From Capsulimonadaceae bacterium (GTDB lineage Bacteria; Armatimonadota; Armatimonadia; Armatimonadales; Capsulimonadaceae), in NCBI GenBank assembly GCA_965215505.1, contig OZ244065.1, positions 1,280,001-1,344,000 of the forward strand: DNA of 64,000 bases, given 5' to 3'. Below, piece by piece: positions 31,201 through 38,542 of this stretch (positions are counted from its first letter, which is position 1; the number at the start of each line of letters is the position of its first letter). Under the pieces are notes generated by a model. That model was given only the letters and a program-made list of their open reading frames with translations. It was not told the origin of the DNA and did no database searches. A program made the translations under genes and the position numbers.

Positions 31201-32480
31201 AACAAGGGGCACAGAAAGTCCAACGCATCTTCGGCGTCCGCCCTTTAGATGAGCGTCAGTGGCAGGTAGAAGTCAAGGCACACACATTAAGCCCTGCACA
31301 CGATCAATTTCTGCATGATGTAGACTCGCTAAAGCCTTTCATTTACGCCCTACGCCTGCATGCCACACGCCTGCGTTCAGATGCGAGCGCCGTTGGCTTA
31401 CAGAAGCTAAAGAGTTTAGAGGTTCATCTATGTTGCCATCTAGAAGGTACTGCAACCGTAGGTGAAAAAATTCAGACGTTCAATTTAGCGGAAAAGGGTG
31501 AAGTTATTCTCAATGATAGCTCTGCCTTTTTGTTCACAGGTGTTTCTCCGCATGAGAACCCGTTACAAGATGTCGTTCTTGTAGATGCTGTGGCAGAAGT
31601 CTTCGCCGAAGTTCTAGGCGTTGAACAAGGGAGTGATTTTGCTCGGCTGATTTCTGTTGATGCTTCACAGCGAATGGTTCTTCTAGTACGGATTTTAGGC
31701 ACAACCCACGCCGAAGCCGAAAGCCTGCTTCAACAGGCGCAGGTGAAGCTAGAAAGCAAAATGGTGGAAGCCCCTACCACTCGCCCTTATGCAGCCTGGG
31801 TTCCAGTACCCGCACACGCTACAACATTCACGCCGAACAGTAGCAACCTTATTCCCGCCTTTGGAGCTTCCCCTGCTCACCCATTAGCTCCGCAACACCA
31901 CATAGAGCTAACCGGCTCTATCCGGGCCGTGGCGGTGGAGCAACAAGATCATCTGCCAGCCCCACCCGCGCGAAGAATTCAGCTACGGGTCCAAGCCACT
32001 CCTTCAACAACGGCCGTATCGCGCACTCAGACACGGGTGACAGACGCAGCGCGGTGTCAAGAAGTTATCATTCGCTTTGAGGAGGCGCAGGGGCGCTTCC
32101 CCTTGTCAGTCTCCCAACTTCAAGGGGAACTTGCTTATGGGTGCGATGTTCTCAGCTTTGCTTCGGCACAGCTTCGCCAACAGTTCACCGGGAAGGAGAA
32201 TGCTCCCGACATTAGCTTAATCCAGCGTCTCATCGAGGTCAAGGGGAAAAGTAGCGAGGATAGCACAATTGAGATGCGTGGTAATGAACTGCGGGCAGCC
32301 CAGGACTTTGGCGAGCGCTATTTCTTGTACCGTGTATACGAGGGAATAGCTAAAGAATTTGCTATATTGGTACTGGCAAATCCTCTTGCATCTCAGTGTA
32401 ACCACGTTTACGAGGTTAACATGAGCCAGCAACAGGCAACGGAACGGTTTCGGGCAGTTGAACTGGAAGACGGAGCATGA
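28218..32480 (+). CDS. sacsin/NOV-like GHKL ATPase with C-terminal DUF3883 PD-(D/E)XK nuclease
   Basis: ELLQNADDA, NTGRPF, IGNKGLGFRSV; C-terminal GCDVLS...IEVKG...NE...YFLYRV; visibly lower GC than flanks. Confidence 0.8.
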   Translation: MTTENELTAAQWVDWIAGQVAVREKVYCTDPDELVSAYNREVSYARDYHGRELLELLQNADDAGVDYEHSNKVAIVLTPEGLCVANTGRPFSESGVKSLMVSDNSPKKSDRAQYIGNKGLGFRSVLSWTNTPFILSGNLAIGFDSDKAQAWLESLCREDAQLRQRVVSQMESTGAKHLVPILALPLVLNPAGTDEWMGAPSSASVWQEARQLQRGGYDTVIAVPFTSPDAYEQAKEQLKEIGHEFLLFTKHLAFLSVRQPDLENTWWIDRDDDIVGIKSQDEDTQAWQVFEKIGDIPSHLLSDDLKKTPSYEIKVAVSMDDVATPGFIFNYFKTQARFPYPVVAHVTFELSSNRQNIPLTPANQYLVKELAGLMAEVAEVSLDSHDPWRSLSFISTDASLDPMLEHMGLFEALCTAAQEHKVIPVRSGEIVKPCDAKNLKNSAGSWLPPAQFGDVVQYTAHKTHQNMLRSLKVQTLTEDEMRSRLNQASAGLSIVERAALITGLCQSHLMPSNPAPSLLVDQDERLISPQRRVFLPPGEAEIFALPKWLDLRMLHSHLSTELKQRLKVGARDLTAALNVYTLTEFSLTNISNALIAETNARVKKEPEQERSYRIEALEAIYGFYRQSAADSGRSSVTTVQVPTASGGFASASTLYFSNEFIYGRLSDLLYRSVSPHLVIAPLSHMNLENEEKATIGEYLKWLGVADKPRRVTKSSSYSVIQSQRLPTDYMNHVRQCLEYPAKTTHADLEITSSSDLLHAHFNGFTSIEHLEELIVRADPRALLAWIALDERIEGWRREGETTAEISVTPPRKQHPRVIRGQFIPSYILWLLGNKEWLPSSAERKQAPTRCILASSVADELKFIFPRPALTQVEPLFQEMGIDHLSLQGALQRIGVRQSLEELTQDEIYQLLLDLPSLDPTGQCAKSLQRALVLRPEDIPKAENLVKAKFLKTGKLWGVLGNNADYYSVTELYYIGTNVVPQVVVRSVPHLELDKKQGAQKVQRIFGVRPLDERQWQVEVKAHTLSPAHDQFLHDVDSLKPFIYALRLHATRLRSDASAVGLQKLKSLEVHLCCHLEGTATVGEKIQTFNLAEKGEVILNDSSAFLFTGVSPHENPLQDVVLVDAVAEVFAEVLGVEQGSDFARLISVDASQRMVLLVRILGTTHAEAESLLQQAQVKLESKMVEAPTTRPYAAWVPVPAHATTFTPNSSNLIPAFGASPAHPLAPQHHIELTGSIRAVAVEQQDHLPAPPARRIQLRVQATPSTTAVSRTQTRVTDAARCQEVIIRFEEAQGRFPLSVSQLQGELAYGCDVLSFASAQLRQQFTGKENAPDISLIQRLIEVKGKSSEDSTIEMRGNELRAAQDFGERYFLYRVYEGIAKEFAILVLANPLASQCNHVYEVNMSQQQATERFRAVELEDGA

Positions 32481-32504
32481 CGAGCAGAGATGTTTGGAAG
32501 AGCG

Positions 32505-32714
32505 TCACCGGTCGCCCTTGCTCCTTCTGACAGAGGCAATGAACTGTTCCCTCCTTTTTGGGTTGTTGATAAAATCCTCTGTCCGACGGATGGACTCTTC
32601 AGCCGTCAGCTTGGCGCGTTTTGGCCGGCGGATGATCCAATCCGTTTCCGGCGGCACAGTTTCGGTCGGCTCTGCTTCTGTCAAAGCATCGGTGTTTGTC
32701 TGTTCAGTTTCCAT
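32505..32714 (-). CDS. small hypothetical protein
   Basis: GGAGGAG RBS and TG-N-TAGAAT upstream. Confidence 0.55.
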   Translation of the reverse strand: METEQTNTDALTEAEPTETVPPETDWIIRRPKRAKLTAEESIRRTEDFINNPKRREQFIASVRRSKGDR

Positions 32715-32798
32715 CAAGTTCGCTCCTCCCCACTGTCACAACCATTCTACCACATCCCCCACTCCCAGGACGGCGGCGGGTTGGGTACAATAGACTCC

Positions 32799-34967
32799 AT
32801 GAGCGAGCGTCTGGACATTGTGCTGTTCGGGATTGACCCGACGGAAAGAATCGTGGCGGTGGAGACGGCGGACCGCGAGGCGACGCTGTTCGTCCGCGTG
32901 GGCGAGGAGACGGTGACGAAGAGCGTCCCGTTCGTCCCGTGGCTGGTGACGGACAGGGAGCGGCATTTCCCCGGCGCCCAGACGACGGAGCTGGACGGCG
33001 AGGGCTACAACTGGCTGGTGCAGTTCCCGTCGGGCTGGCGATCTTACCAGGAGGCCAAGCGGACCCTGCGGGACGAACACGCCGGGGTCTGCCAGTACGG
33101 CAGCGCCATCAAACAGTTCATGGTGGCCTCCGGGTACACGCTGTTCAAGGGCATGGCGTTCGATGACCTGAAGCGGCTGCAAGTGGACATCGAGACGACA
33201 TCGCTGGACCCCAACCTGCCCGATGCCTGCATCTTCATGGTGAGCGTCTCGGATAACCGGGGCTTTTCGGATGTGCTCATCGGCGACGAGGCCGACATGC
33301 TGCGGCGGCTGCTGGCGATCACGCAGGAGCGCGACCCGGACGTCATCGAAGGGCACAACTTCTACTCTTTCGACCTGCCCTACCTCCTCGCCCGATGCGC
33401 CGCCCACGACATCCCCCCGACGTTCGGACGCATGGATAAGCCCGCCGTCATGGGTGCCCCGCGCAACTGCGCCATCGGGACCAACGCACGTCAGTTCACG
33501 CCGGTCTACCTCTACGGGCGGCATATTCTGGACACCCTGCTGCAAGTACAGCGCTTCGACTGGTCACGCGGGCAGGTGTCCTCGTATGGCCTGAAGGAGT
33601 GCGCGCAGACCTACGGCATCGCGCCGCCGGACCGCGTGTACCTGGACCGCAGCGAGATCGTCTCGATCTTCGAGAGTGACCCGGAGAAGGTCAAGACCTA
33701 TGCCGCCCAGGACGTGCAGGAGACGGCGGCTTTGGCGGCCCTGGTCGCCCCGACCGAGTTCTACCAGACCCAGATGATCCCCGACTCCTACCAGAACGTC
33801 GCCGTCACCGGCAACGGGGAGAAGATCAACGCCATCCTGCTGCGCGAGTATTTGCGTCAGGGCCGGGCCATCGCCAAGCAGAAGGCCCCCCAACCCTACC
33901 CCGGCGGCTACACCGAGGTGCGCGTCACGGGCGTGGTGAAGCCCATCGTCAAGGCGGACGTCGAGAGCCTGTACCCGAGCCTGATGCTGACCCAGAAGAT
34001 CGGCCCGGCCTCGGACACCTTGCAGATCTTCCTGCCCCTGCTGTCCGACCTGACCCAGCGGCGCCTGGACGCCAAAGGGCAGCTCAAGAAGACGCCCAAG
34101 GACACGCGCGAACACGCCTACTGGGACGGCCTCCAGAACTCCTTCAAGTCAATCATCAACTCGTTCTACGGCTACATCGGCGGCCCGTTCTACTTTAATG
34201 ACTACCTCGCCGCCCGGCAGGTGACCGAGGCGGGCCAAACCATTGTCAAGCAGATCGCATCGGAACTGGAAACGCAGGGCGCGCGGGTCATCGAGATAGA
34301 CACCGACGGCGTCTATTTCCAGCCGCCCGCCGATGTCAAGACCGAAGCGGACGAGCTGGCCTACGTCGAGAAGATCGGGGCATCACTGCCACCGGGGATC
34401 AGACTGGCCCATGACGGCTCCTATGCGGCCATGCTCTCGCTGAAGATGAAAAACTACGTCCTGGTCGAGCCGAACGGCCACAAGATCTTCAAAGGCTCCT
34501 CGCTGCGCTCGCGGGCCGATGAGCGCTACGGCCGCCACTTCCTGACCGACGCCGTGAACATGCTTCTGGACGAGGAGCCGGACAAGCTCTCGCACCTTTA
34601 CAGCGAGATGATAGACAAGATCGAGGCGGGCAAAATGCCGATTGAACAGCTCGCCAAGCGCGAGCGCGTCACCGACAAGCTGCTGTCGTCCGAACTGCGG
34701 AAGCGCGCCGCCGAGGCGATCCGGGGCGCGGGCATCAATCAGGGCGAGTTCGTCGCGCTGTACCAGAAGAAAGACAAATCGCTCGGTCTGGTGCAGGACT
34801 ACGCCCACGACGAGGATACCGACTACTACGCCCAGAAGCTTTACAAGTTTGCCGGGCGTCTGCGCGAGGCTGTCGGCGAGGACCACTTCGATACGCTGTT
34901 CCCCAAGCCTGTCCCCGTCGCCAAGCGGCCGGACCCGTCGCAGATGACGATGGACCTGTTTGGGTGA
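32799..34967 (+). CDS. polB: family B DNA polymerase (Pol II-like) with 3'-5' exonuclease
   Basis: Exo DIET, GHNFYSFD, YAAQD; polymerase DVESLYPS, KSIINSFYG, IDTDG. Confidence 0.93.
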   Translation: MSERLDIVLFGIDPTERIVAVETADREATLFVRVGEETVTKSVPFVPWLVTDRERHFPGAQTTELDGEGYNWLVQFPSGWRSYQEAKRTLRDEHAGVCQYGSAIKQFMVASGYTLFKGMAFDDLKRLQVDIETTSLDPNLPDACIFMVSVSDNRGFSDVLIGDEADMLRRLLAITQERDPDVIEGHNFYSFDLPYLLARCAAHDIPPTFGRMDKPAVMGAPRNCAIGTNARQFTPVYLYGRHILDTLLQVQRFDWSRGQVSSYGLKECAQTYGIAPPDRVYLDRSEIVSIFESDPEKVKTYAAQDVQETAALAALVAPTEFYQTQMIPDSYQNVAVTGNGEKINAILLREYLRQGRAIAKQKAPQPYPGGYTEVRVTGVVKPIVKADVESLYPSLMLTQKIGPASDTLQIFLPLLSDLTQRRLDAKGQLKKTPKDTREHAYWDGLQNSFKSIINSFYGYIGGPFYFNDYLAARQVTEAGQTIVKQIASELETQGARVIEIDTDGVYFQPPADVKTEADELAYVEKIGASLPPGIRLAHDGSYAAMLSLKMKNYVLVEPNGHKIFKGSSLRSRADERYGRHFLTDAVNMLLDEEPDKLSHLYSEMIDKIEAGKMPIEQLAKRERVTDKLLSSELRKRAAEAIRGAGINQGEFVALYQKKDKSLGLVQDYAHDEDTDYYAQKLYKFAGRLREAVGEDHFDTLFPKPVPVAKRPDPSQMTMDLFG

Positions 34968-35695
34968 ACTTCCTCGCCCACTATGTCATCGCGACGCGCT
35001 TCCTGACGCCTACCGCCCCGCTGCCGGCTTATGTCGTCGGCAGCGCCCTCCCCGACTTGTTGCCACTTGCCGCCCGCCGCGTCCGCCTGCGCCCGGCCCT
35101 GGTCGAGCATCAGCCCGCGCCGACAGCCGAGGATGAAGCCCTGCGCGCGGGCGTTCTGGTACATCTGGCGACGGACGCCGCATTCCACAAAACGAGGGCG
35201 TTCGCCGAGGCGCAGGCCGAAGTCGGCCACATCCTCGCGCAGACGCCCTTTGACGGCATCCGCGTCCGGCGCTTCTTCGTGGCGCACGTCCTGACCGAAC
35301 TCGCACTGGATGCAGTCCTGCTGCGTCGTGATCCGACCGTCGCCGACGGCTTCTACGCGGCCTTCGCCGCCGACTATGCCCAAGTCACGGGCTGGACGGA
35401 GGCCGCTGTCGGCCAGCGGTTGCCCGACTTGCCCGCCGTGCTGGCGCGCTTCGCTGCGTCACGCTATCTGTATCAGTATGGGGAGGATGGGGGCGTAGCG
35501 ACCGGCCTGTCACGGCTCTGCGCGCGGGCGCGGCAGGACACGTTTGAGGGCAAGAACTACGGGCGTTTGGTTGCCGTCGTGGGGCAGACGGTCGCGGCGG
35601 TGGGGAGCAGGGCGATGGCACTGCTGGGGGAGACGGGGGCGATCCTCTCCCGTCACGCGAGCGTGCCACCCTCCCCTCGGAGGGAAGGGGTTTAG
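34964..35695 (+). CDS. AcpH/DUF479-like metal-dependent hydrolase
   Basis: MNFLAH, GSALPD, GVLVHLATDAAFH, HVLTELALD. Confidence 0.65.
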   Translation: MNFLAHYVIATRFLTPTAPLPAYVVGSALPDLLPLAARRVRLRPALVEHQPAPTAEDEALRAGVLVHLATDAAFHKTRAFAEAQAEVGHILAQTPFDGIRVRRFFVAHVLTELALDAVLLRRDPTVADGFYAAFAADYAQVTGWTEAAVGQRLPDLPAVLARFAASRYLYQYGEDGGVATGLSRLCARARQDTFEGKNYGRLVAVVGQTVAAVGSRAMALLGETGAILSRHASVPPSPRREGV

Positions 35696-35799
35696 AAAGA
35701 GGCAGGATAGCCGTCCTCCGGCCCTGGAACGGGCCTCGACCTTTCCGGAATCCTTCCCTCCGAGGGGAGGGTGGCACGCTCGCGTGACGGGAGAGGATC
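35641..35799. repeat. 48-bp perfect inverted repeat pair (REP/MITE-like palindromic element)
   Basis: Arms 35641-35688 and 35752-35799 are exact reverse complements, each internally palindromic. Confidence 0.9.
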
Positions 35800-35809
35800 A
35801 GAGTGGGGA

Positions 35810-37453
35810 TCACTCCTGCCACAGCGCGCTCTGCGGCACGATCTGGAGCGGCTGGCTGGGGCTGACCCAGCGCAGATGGACCTCGGCGTGGCCCAAGCCG
35901 TTCCGGGCGTGCTGCGGGCCGTTGAAGTAGTCCACCACGATGTCGTACTTCCGGCCCGCTTCCAGCCGGATCGAGCCGCGCCGGGCGGTGAGCGCGTGGT
36001 CTTTCCAGTCGCTGATGAGGAGATGGCCGTCCACCCAGAGCATCAGGCCGTCGTCTTCCTGCGAGGCGAAGGTATAGACCTCCGAGTAGTCGGGCTGGAT
36101 CTTCCCCGTCCAATGCACCGAAAAGATGCGGCTGGCACCGGGGACGACGGCCGCCGTCATGCCCCAGTTGAAGTCAATCGCGGCATCGGTCCGGTGGCCG
36201 ATCAGAGTTGTCAGATACGGGCGGCCCCCGTAGATGGCCGCCGAGAGGCCGTGCCCGTTCGTCCCCGGCTGACCGTCGCCCGACGTGCGGGCCGGCTCGC
36301 CGTGCAGGAGGCCGCCGACGTTGCCGAACGCGCTCCCGCCGCTCGCCACGCGCCGCCCGCCGCCTCCTGCCCCATCCCGCCTGACACCGGGACCGACGCC
36401 CGAATGGCCGTAGCCGTCACCAGCGGCGGGCGAGTCCGGTCCGATTCCGGCGCCATCACCCGCCGCCCCCGCGCCAGTCCCACGGTTCGCGCCGCGTCCA
36501 CGGCCTGACCCCTTGCCGCTGCCCGCGCCCGTGCCGCCCCCCAGACCTCCGCCCAGGCCCGCGCCGTGGCCGCCGCGCAGGGCGGCCAGCAGCTTGCCGT
36601 CCAAGCCGCCTCGCCCGCGTCCCTGACCAAGCCCCGGCCCGCCGCCCGCGCCCTGGCTGAAGCCGGGCTTCTCCTCCGGCACGGCGTCTTCCGCCAGGGG
36701 GTTATTGACCGACATGATGGACTGGCCGCCGATGCGCGCGGCCATCTTGGGGAAGTGCATCCCCCCCACCAGGCCGCTGTCCTGCGGCTGGTCGGTGGGC
36801 GTCTGCGGGCCGTGCGCCGCGAAATGCCCGCCGCCGGACGCCCCGCCGGAAAGGCCTGTCCGGGCCGAGGCGCTGCGCGTGATCTTGGGCGCATCTGCGT
36901 GGGCCGCCGGGGGTGCCTCCGGCGTGTCTTCCGGCGTTGCCAGCCCGGCCAGCGGGTTCGGCATGTCCAGCGTGACGTGGGAGCGGTTGAGGCGGGGGGT
37001 GACGGACGACATTTTGACCGGCTCGGCCTGTTCCGGTAGTTTCTCCGGCGCGACCGTTTGGGCGGGGCGAACGGCGGCAGGCCTGGCGGCGGGCACTGCC
37101 CGCGCGATGCGGACCAGCGCCGCAGGCTTGGGAACGGCGCGCACGACCGGCTTCTCCTCGGCAGGTCTGACCGCCACCTTAGCCGTCGGCTTCGGTGCGA
37201 CTTTGGGAACCGGCCGCTTCTCCGGCAGCTTGGCGACTTTCGGCAGGGGCTTGGGCCGCGCCGCCACTTTCGGCACGGGCGGCTTTTTGGCCGGCGGCAG
37301 CGGTTCCAGGGTCAGCTCGATCTCTTTGGAGGGCGGCGCTTCGCCCTTCAAGCCGAAGCCCGGCCCGTGCAGGGCGAGGAAGACGTGAATCAGGACGGAC
37401 AGGAGCAGGAAGCACCCCAGCCACCACCAGCGTTCGGTCCGGACGTTACGCAA
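35810..37453 (-). CDS. membrane-anchored Pro/Lys- and Gly-rich protein with C-terminal PA14 domain (TonB-like architecture)
   Basis: LLLSVLIH anchor, long Pro/Lys linker, IDFNWG...FSVHWTGKI...DDGLMLWVDG...L.W. Confidence 0.8.
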   Translation of the reverse strand: MRNVRTERWWWLGCFLLLSVLIHVFLALHGPGFGLKGEAPPSKEIELTLEPLPPAKKPPVPKVAARPKPLPKVAKLPEKRPVPKVAPKPTAKVAVRPAEEKPVVRAVPKPAALVRIARAVPAARPAAVRPAQTVAPEKLPEQAEPVKMSSVTPRLNRSHVTLDMPNPLAGLATPEDTPEAPPAAHADAPKITRSASARTGLSGGASGGGHFAAHGPQTPTDQPQDSGLVGGMHFPKMAARIGGQSIMSVNNPLAEDAVPEEKPGFSQGAGGGPGLGQGRGRGGLDGKLLAALRGGHGAGLGGGLGGGTGAGSGKGSGRGRGANRGTGAGAAGDGAGIGPDSPAAGDGYGHSGVGPGVRRDGAGGGGRRVASGGSAFGNVGGLLHGEPARTSGDGQPGTNGHGLSAAIYGGRPYLTTLIGHRTDAAIDFNWGMTAAVVPGASRIFSVHWTGKIQPDYSEVYTFASQEDDGLMLWVDGHLLISDWKDHALTARRGSIRLEAGRKYDIVVDYFNGPQHARNGLGHAEVHLRWVSPSQPLQIVPQSALWQE

Positions 37454-37470
37454 CTCGGTCTTCTCCTCGC

Positions 37471-37902
37471 CTACTGACTCGAAACGGCGGCGTTTTTCAG
37501 ATCGGTGGGCAGCAGGACGCGCGTCAGGCCGGCCTGACGGATGGCGTCCATGACGTCCATCACCTGCTCATAGCGGACGGATTTGTCGCCTTTGAGCAGC
37601 ACGCGCTGGCCCTTGTCCCGGTCGGCCGCCGCGATCAGCAAGGCCTGCACCTGGGGCAGCGTCACGGATTTGCCGTTGTAGTAGTACCGTCCGTCCGGGG
37701 CGATGGCGACGGTGACGTCTTTGGCCGTCTCGGGTGCCCCCTCGTGCGTGACGGTCTTGGGCAGGTTCAGCTTGAAGCCGGGGTTGTGGATGAAGACCGT
37801 CGTCACCATCAGGATGATGACCAGGGTGAGCGAGATGTCAATGAGCGGGATCAGGTTTATCTCCGCCACCGGGTCGTCTTCGGGCATCGAAGAGCGGTGC
37901 AT
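37471..37902 (-). CDS. exbD: ExbD/TolR family protein
   Basis: EINLIPLIDISL, KGDKSVRYEQVMDVMD. Confidence 0.9.
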   Translation of the reverse strand: MHRSSMPEDDPVAEINLIPLIDISLTLVIILMVTTVFIHNPGFKLNLPKTVTHEGAPETAKDVTVAIAPDGRYYYNGKSVTLPQVQALLIAAADRDKGQRVLLKGDKSVRYEQVMDVMDAIRQAGLTRVLLPTDLKNAAVSSQ

Positions 37903-38522
37903 CAGGCTACCTCCTCCCGCGTCCGGGTACGCAGGTACAGCGGCCCAAGGAGGGCGACGTGGGCCTGGATCTGGAGCAGCATCATCTGGACGCGCCCCAC
38001 GAGGTAATTGTAGACCACGATGCTTGGCACGGCGACCAGCAGGCCGAAGGCGGTGGCGCTGAGGGCTTCGGCGATGCCGCTCGCCATGGCGTCGCCGTTC
38101 AGCCCGCTCTTGCTCATGCCCTGGAAGGCGGCCATGACTCCCAGCACGGTCCCGAACAGGCCGACGAACGGCGTGGTGCTGCCGATGGTCGCCAGAGTCC
38201 CCAGGAAGCGCCGCAGGCGCATCCGCTGCAAGGCCAGGGCGATGTCCGAGGCCGTCGCGATGGTGTCCTCGCTCTCGCCGCGCAGTGGGGCGAGCGAGTG
38301 GAGTATCTGCGCGACCGGGGCGTCGGCGAACTCCGGGGCGGTGAGCGCACCGGGCCGCCCCTGCGCCAGCGCGGCTTTGAGGCCCTCGAAGGTTTCGTCT
38401 TCGAGCCGCCGCAGCATTGCTAATGTCCACAGCCGTTCCAGCATGACGGCTACGGCGAGGATGGAGCAGATCAGGAGGGGGAAGCGGACGATCCCCGCGT
38501 TGTTGAACAGACTGAGCAGCAT
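37902..38522 (-). CDS. exbB: MotA/TolQ/ExbB proton channel protein
   Basis: LATIGSTTPFVGLFGTV, GIAEALSATAFGL. Confidence 0.92.
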   Translation of the reverse strand: MLLSLFNNAGIVRFPLLICSILAVAVMLERLWTLAMLRRLEDETFEGLKAALAQGRPGALTAPEFADAPVAQILHSLAPLRGESEDTIATASDIALALQRMRLRRFLGTLATIGSTTPFVGLFGTVLGVMAAFQGMSKSGLNGDAMASGIAEALSATAFGLLVAVPSIVVYNYLVGRVQMMLLQIQAHVALLGPLYLRTRTREEVA

Positions 38523-38542
38523 AGCCGAAAACCTTTCCGATT

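Noticed and set aside
32799-34967. PolB as part of a prophage, pipolin or casposon
   Set aside because: Host-like composition; no integrase, cas1, terminal repeats or virion genes
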